Assembly (NCBI GenBank): GCA_964358005.1
Contig: CAYHNH010000003.1
Coordinates: forward strand, 16,334 to 80,333
Length of the DNA: 64,000 bases
Direction: 5' to 3'
Source: an uncultured Candidatus Saccharibacteria bacterium
GTDB lineage: Bacteria; Patescibacteriota; Minisyncoccia; Phycocordibacterales; PALSA-1337
This document shows, in pieces, positions 36,233-46,204 of the stretch. Numbering within the stretch: position 1 is the first letter of the stretch; every line of letters starts with the position of its first letter. Under the pieces are notes generated by a model. That model had not been told where the DNA came from. It did no database searches and saw nothing but the letters and a program-made list of their open reading frames with translations. The position numbers and the translations under genes were made by a program.

Positions 36233-38536
36233 ATGTATCTAAAGTCCCTGGAATTATCGGGTTTCAAATCATTCGCCAAAAAGGCGAACCTTTCGTTTAC
36301 CTCGCCGATCACCGGCATCGTGGGACCAAACGGCTCTGGAAAGTCCAACATAGCCGAGGCCTTCAAGTTCGTCCTCGGCGAGCAGTCGATCAAATCCCTG
36401 CGCGGCAAGCGCGGCGAGGACATGATCTGGAACGGCGGCGGAGGCGACAGTGGACTGGCTAGTGGGAGCGGCGGTAGTGGTGGCGGCAGTGGCGGCGGAT
36501 CGCGAGCCAACCGCGCCAACATAAGGCTGACATTCGATAATTCACGCAGGATATTCCCGACCATAGATTTCGATGAAGTTACTCTCGAGCGCGTGGTGAA
36601 CCGCGATAACTCCAACGAATATCTCCTGAATGGCACGCAAGTTCGCCTGAAAGACATCATCGAGCTTTTGGCTGGTGCGCATATCGGTGCGACGGGCCAC
36701 CACATCATTTCCCAGGGCGAGGCTGACCGCATACTTACAGCCTCCATACGCGAGCGTCGCGAGATGATCGAGGATGCGCTCGGTCTCAAGATCTACCAGT
36801 GGAAGAAGCTCGAGAGCACCCGCAAACTGGAGCGGACCGAAGAGAATATGAAACAGGTTGAGTCGCTCCGCCGCGAGATCGCGCCTCACATAAAGTTTCT
36901 GAAGAAGCAGGTTGAAAAGATAGAGAAGTCGCGCGAGATGCGAGTAGAGCTGGTAAATCTGTATAAGGAGTATTTCGCCATAGAGGAAGCATATCTCGGA
37001 TCCGAAAAGAAGCGCCTGACAGACGAGCTCTCCGGTCCGAAAAAAGAACTGGGCGAACTCGAACGCGAGCTAGAGCGCGCCAAAGCCGTGCTCACAGCGG
37101 CCAAAGGCAAAGACGAGAAAAGCCATGAGGTCATAGAGATAGAGAGCCGTTTGGCCGCCATACGCGGAGAGAAGGATGACATCATGCGCGAGCTCGGTCG
37201 CATCGAGGGTGAGATCAACGCTGACCGCCGCGCCGTAGAGAAGGAGAAAGACAAGCTCAAGAAGGATGAATTCAAGACGGTCTACCTGAAGGACCTGGAG
37301 GACGTGGTGAAGACCGTTGAATCACTGAAGAGCATCGGCGACATCCTAGAGCTCCTGCGGACGTTCATAAAGAAGCACAGGGTAGCCAGCGATTCTAGCC
37401 TGATCGGTGAAGCCGAGAGGGAGATTGAAGGCCTGCTCAAGGATAAATCAAAGCATGACGACAAGCTCAGGGCATTGACGAGCTCCGAGCACAAGTTGCG
37501 CGCCGACTACGAGGCGCTCAAGAAGAACATAGAGAAGGAAAAGGACACCAACCGGGACGCCGAGAAGGATGTCTTCAGGATCATCGCCCGTCAGAATGAG
37601 ATACGCGGGGTCATCGCCGGGCTGACTTCAGCCATGAGTGTCGTCCAACATGACGAAGACAATTTCAAGAGAGAACTGGGAGAGGCCGGGAGCATAGCCG
37701 GCAGGGAGGCTGTCGAGTACGGCGGAGTTGAGGGGCTGGCGCTCGGAGCGGCTCTCATGAATGAGTCCAGTCGCCTTGCCCAGGAGGATCGCCGCAAGAA
37801 AATAGAGAGGATCAAGATCCGCCTCGAGGATTCCGGCCTTGGCGGCAGTGCCGAGGTGCTCAAGGAGTATAAGGAGACCGAGGAGCGCGATGCATTCTTG
37901 GCACGCGAGCTCGAGGATCTGGCTAAAGCCAAGGGCGAGCTCCACAAGCTCATAGCCGAGCTCGATGTCCGCATAGATGTAGAGTTCAAACAGGGCATCC
38001 TGAAGATCAACAATGAGTTCCACAAGTTCTTTACGCTGATGTTCGGCGGCGGTAAGGCGGAGCTTACGGTGGTCAGGGAGGTCAGACGCAAGAAGAAGTC
38101 AGACACCCTCGATCTGGCCGAAGTGCTTTCTGACTCCGAGATCGAGAATCCGGCAGACAAGGACGACCAGGAGGAAGGTCCGGAGGGTCTGGAGGTGAAC
38201 GTCAGTTTGCCGCGCAAGAAGGTGAAAGGTCTCATGATGCTCTCTGGCGGCGAGCGCGCGCTGACCTCGATCGCATTGCTGTTTGCGATCTCTCAGGTCA
38301 ATCCGCCGCCCTTCATCATTCTGGACGAGACTGACGCCGCGCTTGATGAGGCCAACTCACGCAAATATGGAGATATGATCGAAAGCCTTTCCAGGAATTC
38401 ACAGCTGATACTGATAACTCATAACCGCGAGACGATGTCACGCGCCGGAGTGCTTTACGGTGTAACAATGGGGGGTGATGGTGCGTCAAAGCTATTGTCC
38501 ATCGCATTCGAGGAGGCAGTAAAAGTGGCAAAGTAG
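36233..38536 (+). CDS. smc: SMC-family chromosome-segregation ATPase, shortened (about 767 aa) with Gly-rich insertion
   Basis: N-terminal Walker A (MYLKSLELSGFKSF...IVGPNGSGKSNI); long coiled-coil region; C-terminal signature and Walker B (LSGGERALTSIALLFAISQVNPPPFIILDETDAALD); GGGGDSGLASGSGGSGGGSGGGS insertion near the N-terminus. Confidence 0.7.
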   Translation: MYLKSLELSGFKSFAKKANLSFTSPITGIVGPNGSGKSNIAEAFKFVLGEQSIKSLRGKRGEDMIWNGGGGDSGLASGSGGSGGGSGGGSRANRANIRLTFDNSRRIFPTIDFDEVTLERVVNRDNSNEYLLNGTQVRLKDIIELLAGAHIGATGHHIISQGEADRILTASIRERREMIEDALGLKIYQWKKLESTRKLERTEENMKQVESLRREIAPHIKFLKKQVEKIEKSREMRVELVNLYKEYFAIEEAYLGSEKKRLTDELSGPKKELGELERELERAKAVLTAAKGKDEKSHEVIEIESRLAAIRGEKDDIMRELGRIEGEINADRRAVEKEKDKLKKDEFKTVYLKDLEDVVKTVESLKSIGDILELLRTFIKKHRVASDSSLIGEAEREIEGLLKDKSKHDDKLRALTSSEHKLRADYEALKKNIEKEKDTNRDAEKDVFRIIARQNEIRGVIAGLTSAMSVVQHDEDNFKRELGEAGSIAGREAVEYGGVEGLALGAALMNESSRLAQEDRRKKIERIKIRLEDSGLGGSAEVLKEYKETEERDAFLARELEDLAKAKGELHKLIAELDVRIDVEFKQGILKINNEFHKFFTLMFGGGKAELTVVREVRRKKKSDTLDLAEVLSDSEIENPADKDDQEEGPEGLEVNVSLPRKKVKGLMMLSGGERALTSIALLFAISQVNPPPFIILDETDAALDEANSRKYGDMIESLSRNSQLILITHNRETMSRAGVLYGVTMGGDGASKLLSIAFEEAVKVAK

Positions 38537-38619
38537 GGGCATTCCCAAGGGAACCCAAGGGGGATGGTCAGCTCTTGATTTTAGTCAGATTTCATCGTAC
38601 AATGCTCTAGCATAAACAT

Positions 38620-41379
38620 ATGCCTCCCATCCAAAAACTCACAACCAAGGCCCGAGAAGCCCTGAAGCGCGCCCACGAGCTCGCTATAGAGCGCGGCCAG
38701 AATCATGTGAACCCGGTTCACCTGCTTTGTGCGCTCATACTGCAGGAGGAGAGCATGGTGGCCTCCATCCTCGACAAGCTCGAGGTAGATACGCCGATGC
38801 TCACGGACATCGTGCTCGAGCATATCGAGGCTCCTGAGGGCTCGAATGTGCTTTCGCCTTCATATCAGATATATCTCACTCCGGATCTGGCCCAGATCCT
38901 GGATAATTCTCTGCGCGTGGCTGGCCTCATCAAGGATGAGTTCATTTCGACTGAGCATCTATTCCTGTCCATATTCGATATACCGTGCACTGCCCGCGAC
39001 ATCCTCGGCCGCTTCAAGATAGAGCGCGATGCCGTCATGAAGATCGTCGAAGAGCTCAAGTCTAACCCGCCGACCAAGGAGTCAGAGCCCAAGAAATTCA
39101 GAACTCTATATAAATACGCCCGTTCACTCACCAAGCTCGCCCGCGAGAACCGACTCGACCCAGTCATCGGCCGCGACAATGAGATCATGCGCATCATCCA
39201 GATACTCTCGCGTCGCACCAAGAACAACCCGATACTCATCGGCGAGGCCGGCGTCGGAAAGACTGCTATTGTCGAGGGCTTGGCTCTGCGCATGTCGCAG
39301 GGCGACGTCCCAGAATCTCTGAAGGACAAGGAGCTCGTGTCGCTCGACCTAGGTCAGCTCATCGCCGGCACCAAATATCGCGGCGAGTTCGAGGAGAGGC
39401 TGAAGAACATACTAAAGGAAGTGGAGCGCGCCGATGGCAAGATAATACTTTTCATAGATGAGATACATACCATTGTCGGCGCTGGAGCCTCCGAAGGCTC
39501 GATGGACGCATCGAACATGCTGAAACCGGCTCTCGCGCGCGGCGAGCTCCGTGCTATCGGTGCGACCACGATCAAGGAATATCAGAAATATATAGAGAAG
39601 GACCCGGCTCTCACTCGGCGCTTCCAGCCCGTGCATGTGAATGAGCCTTCGATCGAGGATGCAGTAGCCATCCTTCGTGGGCTCAAGGACAAGTATGAGA
39701 TGTATCACGGCGTCAGGATCACTGACGATGCCATCGTGGCCGCGGTTACTCTAGCCAGCCGCTATATCTCCGACCGATTCCTGCCTGACAAGGTGGTAGA
39801 TCTCATAGATGAGGCTTCTTCCTCGTTGCGCATATCGCTCGAGAACATGCCGCCTGAGCTAGAGGAGACACGCCGCAAGATCATGCGCCTAGAGATAGAG
39901 CGCGAGGCGCTAAAGAAAGAGGCTGATCAGCCCGAACGGCAGTCAGGCAAGACCGCCAAGCTACGCATGACCAAGATAGAGCAGGAGATAGCCGATCTCA
40001 AGGAGTCTACCTCGGAGCTCGAGCTCAAGTGGAAGAATGAAAAGGAGACCATCACCGACATGAAGCGCATGAAAAAGGAGCTGGAGGCTCTACGCATCGA
40101 GGCTGATATGGCTGAGGCGCGCGCAGATCTAGCAAAGGCCGCAGAGATGCGCTACGGCCGCATACCGGCTCTCGAGAAGGACCTAGAAGCCAGGAGCAAG
40201 CGTCTCAAAAAGCTTCAGGCCTCTCGCCGCATACTCAAGGAGGAGATCACTGCCGAAGATATCGCTGGCGTTGTTTCGCGCTGGACAGGCATACCTGTCT
40301 CGAGGATGCTCGAGTCCGAGGCCGCGAAGCTCATGCGCATGGAGATGGATCTCAGGAATAGGATAGTGGGCCAGGATGAGGCTGTTACGAAGATAGCCGA
40401 TACGATCCGACGCTCTCGCGCCGGCATCGCCGACCAGAATCGTCCGATCGGCTCATTTATATTCCTCGGTCCGACTGGTGTAGGTAAGACCGAGCTCACC
40501 AAGGCTCTGGCTGAATTCATGTTCAATGACGAGAAAGCTCTCATCCGCGTAGATATGTCGGAGTTCATGGAGAAGCACTCTGTCTCGAAGCTCATCGGCG
40601 CTCCTCCTGGCTACGTAGGTCATGACGAATCTGGCGGGCTTACAGAGACCGTGCGCCATCGCCCGTACTCCGTGATCCTGTTCGATGAGATAGAGAAGGC
40701 CCATCCGGAAGTTTTCAACATACTCCTCCAGGTGCTCGACAATGGTCGCCTGACGGATGCTAAGGGCCGCGTAGTCAATTTCAGGAATACAGTCATCATC
40801 ATGACTTCTAACATCGGCGCTCAGCACATCGAGCGCATGGAGAAGCTCGGCTTCGCCAAGAGCATCGGCACAGATAGCCGGAGTCGCGATATCGAGAATT
40901 ATGCCGAAGCCAAGAACAAGATCAATTCTGCCCTCAAGGATTATTTCCGCCCGGAATTCCTGAACCGCATCGACGATATCATCATATTCGATATCCTTAC
41001 GCCGGCAGCCATCAAGGAGATCGTCACTATCCAGGTCGCCGAGGTGGTGAAGAGGCTCACAGACAAGAATATAGAGCTGGTGATGTCATCGGCCGTCCTC
41101 GACTATCTCGCCAAGGAGGGCTACAACCCGCAGTATGGTGCGCGTCCCCTGCGCCGTTTGATCCAGAATAGGATACTGACTCCTGTGGCCAATCTGCTCA
41201 TCAGCCAGTCAGTGTCGAAGGGAGGCGTGATCATGGTGGGTCTGAAGCCTGCGATGGGAACTGGTAAGGAAGGCCAGATGGAATTCACTTTTGATGTCAA
41301 AAAGAAGCATGTGCCTGCGGGTAGGCAAGGCAAAGGAGAGAGCCCGATAATCATGAGGGAGGCTGTGGCGCAGAAATAA
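38620..41379 (+). CDS. clpB: ATP-dependent chaperone ClpB (Hsp100 family)
   Basis: Clp N-domain repeats; two AAA+ modules with Walker A GEAGVGKT and GPTGVGKT; long coiled-coil middle domain; 919 aa. Confidence 0.9.
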   Translation: MPPIQKLTTKAREALKRAHELAIERGQNHVNPVHLLCALILQEESMVASILDKLEVDTPMLTDIVLEHIEAPEGSNVLSPSYQIYLTPDLAQILDNSLRVAGLIKDEFISTEHLFLSIFDIPCTARDILGRFKIERDAVMKIVEELKSNPPTKESEPKKFRTLYKYARSLTKLARENRLDPVIGRDNEIMRIIQILSRRTKNNPILIGEAGVGKTAIVEGLALRMSQGDVPESLKDKELVSLDLGQLIAGTKYRGEFEERLKNILKEVERADGKIILFIDEIHTIVGAGASEGSMDASNMLKPALARGELRAIGATTIKEYQKYIEKDPALTRRFQPVHVNEPSIEDAVAILRGLKDKYEMYHGVRITDDAIVAAVTLASRYISDRFLPDKVVDLIDEASSSLRISLENMPPELEETRRKIMRLEIEREALKKEADQPERQSGKTAKLRMTKIEQEIADLKESTSELELKWKNEKETITDMKRMKKELEALRIEADMAEARADLAKAAEMRYGRIPALEKDLEARSKRLKKLQASRRILKEEITAEDIAGVVSRWTGIPVSRMLESEAAKLMRMEMDLRNRIVGQDEAVTKIADTIRRSRAGIADQNRPIGSFIFLGPTGVGKTELTKALAEFMFNDEKALIRVDMSEFMEKHSVSKLIGAPPGYVGHDESGGLTETVRHRPYSVILFDEIEKAHPEVFNILLQVLDNGRLTDAKGRVVNFRNTVIIMTSNIGAQHIERMEKLGFAKSIGTDSRSRDIENYAEAKNKINSALKDYFRPEFLNRIDDIIIFDILTPAAIKEIVTIQVAEVVKRLTDKNIELVMSSAVLDYLAKEGYNPQYGARPLRRLIQNRILTPVANLLISQSVSKGGVIMVGLKPAMGTGKEGQMEFTFDVKKKHVPAGRQGKGESPIIMREAVAQK

Positions 41380-41758
41380 TCACTCATAGCGGTATTTTTT
41401 GATTGTCGGCAAGTGGGGGGGCGTCAGCCTTCCTTCAGCTCAACTTTTTTCATTTACAATAATAGACAGACGTGGTGCTATCAGAGGATATTACACCGTC
41501 ACGAATATTTACTAACGCAGCATCCTTGCTTGTTTGGCTGATAATTTCAAAAAGTGTTTTACTGCATAACAGTTACTCCTTCTTGTAAATAAAATTTTCT
41601 GTCTGGAACAAGAAGGTAGTCCGCCAGGCAAGCGCGATAATCATTTGGCACCGTATATCCTCTTTTAGGCGGATGGCGCTCATCGGCTCCGAGATCTCAA
41701 AAGCGACTGGAAAAGGCTGAATCATATGGTACACTCTTAAGCGTTCGCATTTTGAATC

Positions 41759-41842
41759 GCGCCGGTGGTGGAGTGGTCAATCACATCACGCTGTAAACGT
41801 GACGACCTTTGGTCTTCGGGGGTTCGAATCCCTCCCGGCGCA
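41759..41842 (+). tRNA. tRNA-Tyr (anticodon GTA), long variable arm
   Basis: Acceptor GCGCCGG/CCGGCGC, anticodon stem-loop TCACG-CTGTAAA-CGTGA, long variable arm, T-loop TTCGAAT; 84 nt. Confidence 0.8.
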
Positions 41843-41889
41843 CAGTAGTATCAGTGGTATGTGGACACAGATTTTATCTAGGAGTCTGA

Positions 41890-43083
41890 TTATTTGACGA
41901 TGACCCTCTTTAGTTGCTGAGGGATTTTCACTGCTATCTCATAAGCAATAGTCCCACAATTCTTGGCATGGGCTAATATGGAGTTAGGGTCATCCTTGCT
42001 ATCGCTCACCACAGTCACTGACATGCCGAGCTTCAGGCCGCAGACTCCTGGGACAGTGGAGGCATCTATAGTTGTTATGTTCATGCTGACCCGGCCGATG
42101 ATGGGGCAGATCACTTCGCTCCCGCCGCTCGCATCAAGCTTTGCATGATTTTGGATAATCACTTGAACGGCCCCTTTATTCGAGAGCCTGCGGTCGAGGC
42201 CCTCATAGTATCCGACGGGTATAGTAGCTATGCACATCTCGCGATCAGCCTTGAATGTATTGCCGTAACCGACAGTCTCGCCTGGTAGGAGAGTCTTCAA
42301 GCCTGTGATGATAGTCGTCATTTTGAGGACCGGTCGAAGGTCAAGCTTTTTATTCAGCACCGGATTTTCTGAGAGGCCGTAGAGGCCGATGCCGAGCCTG
42401 ATCACGTTGCCGCGTATGTCATCGCTAAACCTAGAGCCATCGGTCGCGGCCGCGTGGATGTACCATATGTTCGGAAAGGCAGTCTTGAATTCAGCTACCA
42501 CATCATTCCAATGCACGACCTGGGCTTCGGTGAACGACTCGTCGGCATTGTCGGCGTCGCTAAAATGAGTGCATATGCCCTCGAGTCTGATGCAGGGATT
42601 CTTCTCGAGCAGCTCTATCGCGTATCGGACCTCATCCATGAGGATGCCCTGGCGATGCATTCCAGTGTCTATCTTTATGTGCACATGCACGACCGATGCG
42701 ATATTCTTTATGGCCCTCAAGGTGTCAATGTTCGTTATGGTAAAGGAGGTGCGCTTGATGCTCGATTCCATGATCGTGCGCGGTCTGGTATAGCCGATGA
42801 TGAGCAGAGGGGTCTTGATGCCTCGGGCTCGCAGAGCCACAGCCTCGAAGTACGAATCGACGGCGATAAATGGGATTCGCTTGTCATGCCTTAGGATGTC
42901 GGCCACCTCGAATAGCCCGTGGCCGTAAGCGTTGCTCTTCAGCACTGGAGCGACGTAGCCATGGGGGATGAGTTTGCGGAATTCCTGTAGATTATGGAGC
43001 AGGCGCTCCCTGGAAATGGAAACAGCGATGAGGGGCTCATAGGGGAAGCGCTTCCTGGAGAGCCAGTTGAGGAGTCGTCTCAT
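41890..43083 (-). CDS. alr: alanine racemase
   Basis: PLP-lysine motif VAPVLKSNAYGHG near the N-terminus; TIM-barrel plus C-terminal beta domain; 397 aa. Confidence 0.8.
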   Translation of the reverse strand: MRRLLNWLSRKRFPYEPLIAVSISRERLLHNLQEFRKLIPHGYVAPVLKSNAYGHGLFEVADILRHDKRIPFIAVDSYFEAVALRARGIKTPLLIIGYTRPRTIMESSIKRTSFTITNIDTLRAIKNIASVVHVHIKIDTGMHRQGILMDEVRYAIELLEKNPCIRLEGICTHFSDADNADESFTEAQVVHWNDVVAEFKTAFPNIWYIHAAATDGSRFSDDIRGNVIRLGIGLYGLSENPVLNKKLDLRPVLKMTTIITGLKTLLPGETVGYGNTFKADREMCIATIPVGYYEGLDRRLSNKGAVQVIIQNHAKLDASGGSEVICPIIGRVSMNITTIDASTVPGVCGLKLGMSVTVVSDSKDDPNSILAHAKNCGTIAYEIAVKIPQQLKRVIVK

Positions 43084-43140
43084 ATTTGCATTATGTCCCG
43101 AAATCCGCTATATTACAACCTCGATAAATAAGATAAAAAC

Positions 43141-43296
43141 ATGTCCCAGGACCAGCTAATACAGATCAGAAACAAGGAGACCGGCGAGGTCTATTTTACG
43201 CGCAAGAACAAGAAGAAAGTCGAGCGCAAGATCGAGCTCAAGAAATACAGTGCCAAGCTCCGTAAGCATATTACTTTCAAGGAAGCGAAGAAATAA
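43141..43296 (+). CDS. rpmG: 50S ribosomal protein L33
   Basis: 51-aa product MSQDQLIQIRNKETGEVYFTRKNKKKVERKIELKKYSAKLRKHITFKEAKK matches the L33 pattern (YTT.KNKRN.P.RLELKKY.P..RKH..H.E.K). Below the ORF-track cutoff and found by eye. Confidence 0.7.
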   Translation: MSQDQLIQIRNKETGEVYFTRKNKKKVERKIELKKYSAKLRKHITFKEAKK

Positions 43297-43461
43297 ACAA
43301 TAGGTACAAGGGAATATCCGTGTTTCTGAGAGAACTTACTCTTCGGGACACGGATATTTTCCTGCTGGAAAATTCCTCGTGCTCGCCTACCCGGCTCGCA
43401 AGGTCCCTCAGAATAAGTTCTCTCACAAACACTTCTTTGCTATACTCACAAAGTTCCTTAA

Positions 43462-43532
43462 GGGCGATTAGTTTAATGGTAGAACAGTTCTCTCCAAAAG
43501 AACTGGTGGGGGTTCGATTCCTCCATCGCCCG
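43462..43532 (+). tRNA. tRNA-Trp (anticodon CCA)
   Basis: Acceptor GGGCGAT/ATCGCCC, anticodon stem-loop GTTCT-CTCCAAA-AGAAC, T-loop TTCGATT; 71 nt. Confidence 0.85.
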
Positions 43533-43575
43533 CAGATTTTGGCCTAAATATGTTATCCCCAGGGATCTCTTGCCA

Positions 43576-43593
43576 GGTGAACGATAGTTCACC
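43576..43593. promoter_or_regulatory. perfect 18-bp palindrome GGTGAAC-GATA-GTTCACC (Cheo-box-type SOS operator, GAAC-N4-GTTC)
   Basis: Seen directly at 43576-43593, about 250 bp upstream of lexA and about 40 bp upstream of a small ORF; matches the Gram-positive/Cheo-type LexA box core. Confidence 0.55.
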
Positions 43594-43630
43594 TATACTA
43601 TATCCATTAGAGGTTAACTATCAAATACCC

Positions 43631-43837
43631 ATGAGCAAGCATCAATTAGTCAGGTCCCTTCGTTCGGAGATCAAGAAGCTTAATAGGATCATAGACCGCA
43701 AGATCATGCTCGGTCTGCCATATAGCGATGACAGTCGCCGCCACAAATTCCTGGTGTTACAGCTCAAACGTCTGACACCAGCGAGGATTGGCTGGTTCAG
43801 CAGATCCATGAGCTTCGTTTCGATATTCATGCTCTAA
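43631..43837 (+). CDS. small basic hypothetical protein (68 aa) between the SOS box and lexA
   Basis: ATG 43631, MSKHQLVRSLRSEIKKLNRIIDRK...; could be spurious, but it lies between an SOS-like operator and lexA in the same orientation. Confidence 0.25.
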   Translation: MSKHQLVRSLRSEIKKLNRIIDRKIMLGLPYSDDSRRHKFLVLQLKRLTPARIGWFSRSMSFVSIFML

Positions 43838-43844
43838 TAGACCC

Positions 43845-44408
43845 ATGGATTCATACAAGGATAAGATCTTGGGCTTCTACTCATCACGCAAGCGCATGCC
43901 GAGCTATGCGGAGATTATGAAGCTAGTGGGCTTCAAGTCAAAGAATGCCGTCTACAAGCTCATAGAGAATCTGGTGGAGCAGGGCGTAGTGATCAAGGAT
44001 GCCACTGGCCGTCTCATACCGACCAAGCTTATGGATGAAGTCCCTCTCCTCGGCCTCGTGGAAGCAGGATTTCCTTCGGAAGCAGATGCACAGACGCTCG
44101 ATACCATAGACGTCAATGAATATCTCTTCGAACACAAGGAGTCATCGTATCTATTGCGCGTGAAAGGCGACTCCATGATCGAGGCTGGCATACATGAGGG
44201 CGATATGGTCATAGCGGAACGCGGCCGCGCTGCCAAGCCGGGTGACATAGTCATAGCGTGCGTGGATGGGGCCTGGACCATGAAATATCTGCGCACAAAA
44301 GCCGGCAAGAATTACCTCGAGCCAGCCAATAAGAGGTATAAGCCTATCTATCCCGAGACGGCATTGGAAATAGCGGCTGTGGTGAAGGGTGTGGTGAGGA
44401 AGTATTGA
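43845..44408 (+). CDS. lexA: LexA repressor (S24 peptidase)
   Basis: N-terminal LexA-type winged HTH (MPSYAEIMKLVGFKSKNAVYKLIENLVEQGVV); cleavage-site/peptidase segment VKGDSMIEAGIHEGDMVIAERG with the catalytic Ser in GDSM and the catalytic Lys. Confidence 0.85.
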   Translation: MDSYKDKILGFYSSRKRMPSYAEIMKLVGFKSKNAVYKLIENLVEQGVVIKDATGRLIPTKLMDEVPLLGLVEAGFPSEADAQTLDTIDVNEYLFEHKESSYLLRVKGDSMIEAGIHEGDMVIAERGRAAKPGDIVIACVDGAWTMKYLRTKAGKNYLEPANKRYKPIYPETALEIAAVVKGVVRKY

Positions 44409-44501
44409 GCGCCTTGCCTTTTGTCGTGGTAATAGTAATATGCGGCCAGATAATTGAAATAGTCACAGCATCAACAACCCCGCTAGGGAGGAGTTCATCT
44501 C

Positions 44502-45791
44502 ATGATCTACATAGGTACCCCCGTAGCCATGAAGGAGCTCCTTCATGGCACCAGTTGCTATATAACCGAGGTGACGATCACCTCTCGCGATTCGAACAAG
44601 TTCAGTGGCCGCCTCACGCTAGAGGACAGCTCTACTGCCAGCGACGAGAGCCATATCTGGATGGCGACCTACGCTCAAGGGACTGGTTGGATGGTTACAG
44701 GGGACGGCGTCAAGCTGTCCAATGGCGAACGAATCAGATCTACAAAAACCTACCCGTTCTCCCTCAAGTCTGCTATCAATGATGGCGTGAGGGGATTCCT
44801 CTCCGAGTGGTTGGCCAAGAACAGGAGCATTATCCACGAGCGCAAAGGGCCGGAAGCGGCAGAAACGCCTGCTCCGCCCCCGCCTCCTCCAGCTCCATCA
44901 AGCAACGGCTCGTCGCCCAAGGGCATCGAGATCGTCGAGGTCCTGCTCGCTGAGGTCATCCCGTTCGAGGGCCAACCTCGGTTAGAGTGGTCGGAATCCG
45001 ATCATCTCGACATGGTCAATGGCTTGAAGCAGGACGGCCAGAAGCAGCTCATAATCGTCACTCCCATCACCGGTATTCCAGGCAAGCGCTGGAAGCTCGT
45101 GGATGGAGAGCGGCGTTTCCGCGGCGGCCTCGCTGCAGGAAAGCAGAAGATGTTCGCCATTGTCCGGCGCTACGCTTCTGAAAAGGAGATGTTCTGGGAC
45201 TCTCTGACGATGAACATGCATCGCCGCGGGCACACTCCTTACGAATGTGTGCGCGATATCGGCAGGGCCATGCGCGACGGCAAGACGGTGCAGGAGATCT
45301 GCATCGGCACCGGGCTCTCCGACTGTGCGGTCTACCAATTCCTCCAGATGCAAAGGCTCGAGCCGTCGCTCTTGGAGCTACTGCGTCTGTCTGTCCCGAA
45401 GAAGGACCGACTGAGCGTGGAGTCTGCCAAGAAGCTCTCCCGTGTGCCTGACCAGAAGGAGCAGCTGCGCATCTGGGGCATCGCCAAGAAGGAGAGCACC
45501 CCGAGCCTTCGGAAGCTCAAGGTGGATGAGCTGACTGCGCCGATACTGCATAGCCTCCCGGTAAAAGGTCGCGTCCGCAAGCCTAGCGATAATGCGGTTC
45601 GGCTGTTGAGGGTCCTACAGAACCTCGAGGCTGGCGTCGCGTTCATCGAGAGGGCTACGGATGCCGATCTCAGGGCCTTTGCGACCTGCGCAAGGTCGAC
45701 GACGGTCAATACCAGCGACCTCCTGAAGCGGTTGAATGTTGCAACGAGAGGCTGGAACTCATTCAGGGACAAGGTGGTCAAGGTGGCTTGA
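44502..45791 (+). CDS. ParB/Srx-like N-terminal (nuclease) domain protein, 429 aa, G+C-rich
   Basis: Central ParB-N motif LIIVTPITGIPGKRWKLVDGERRFRG; unknown N-terminal 150 aa and a Pro-rich linker (PAPPPPPPAPSS); GGGAGGAG RBS 7 nt upstream of the ATG; 94 bp downstream of lexA. Confidence 0.55.
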   Translation: MIYIGTPVAMKELLHGTSCYITEVTITSRDSNKFSGRLTLEDSSTASDESHIWMATYAQGTGWMVTGDGVKLSNGERIRSTKTYPFSLKSAINDGVRGFLSEWLAKNRSIIHERKGPEAAETPAPPPPPPAPSSNGSSPKGIEIVEVLLAEVIPFEGQPRLEWSESDHLDMVNGLKQDGQKQLIIVTPITGIPGKRWKLVDGERRFRGGLAAGKQKMFAIVRRYASEKEMFWDSLTMNMHRRGHTPYECVRDIGRAMRDGKTVQEICIGTGLSDCAVYQFLQMQRLEPSLLELLRLSVPKKDRLSVESAKKLSRVPDQKEQLRIWGIAKKESTPSLRKLKVDELTAPILHSLPVKGRVRKPSDNAVRLLRVLQNLEAGVAFIERATDADLRAFATCARSTTVNTSDLLKRLNVATRGWNSFRDKVVKVA

Positions 45792-45934
45792 AGACCTCCA
45801 TGATCGCCACGGGGCGGAAGCAATTCCGCCCTTTTTTGATTCATGTCTGGGAATAGCAAATATCAATACAACAAAAATCGCAGGTGAGGGCCTGCGATCG
45901 ACGGATGGAGCACCGGTCGGTGCTGTAAGGGGAG

Positions 45935-46204
45935 TCATGATTCCGTGCCCCGTGGATTTAGGAGCAGTTCGACCTCGTAGGCACGGGCCGGTTCGAACCG
46001 GACGCTCCCCGGCTGTAGTGTTTCGATGCTGTCGCGATGAATGAGGAGATCGAGCACTTGGGCATCAGTCATCGCCTCTCCGTTGGCCCGGTTTACGAAA
46101 CCATCGGCGCCGAAGGACAATTCCATTCTCGGCAGAAACTCGAGGATATATCCCCGGCCTGCGACAGTGAAGATACGCTCTGGGACATTCGTTGGATTAG
46201 CCAT
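45935..46204 (-). CDS. hypothetical small protein (low confidence)
   Basis: ORF with ATG at 46204 (MANPTNVPERIF...); no domain; may be non-coding. Confidence 0.2.
   Translation of the reverse strand: MANPTNVPERIFTVAGRGYILEFLPRMELSFGADGFVNRANGEAMTDAQVLDLLIHRDSIETLQPGSVRFEPARAYEVELLLNPRGTES

Noticed and set aside
36202-36789. 195-aa minus-strand ORF, and 37591-38235 and 36886-37275
   Set aside because: Antisense to the SMC-like gene; Ser/Arg/Pro-rich with no domains.
43550-43837. 95-aa ORF starting at 43550
   Set aside because: Its N-terminal part would overlap the SOS-box palindrome. Only the shorter ATG-initiated 68-aa version (43631-43837) is retained, and that at low confidence.
44405-44782. 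125-aa ORF overlapping the start of the ParB-like gene
   Set aside because: It lies in a different frame overlapping the lexA stop and the ParB-like gene, which has a strong RBS; likely spurious.
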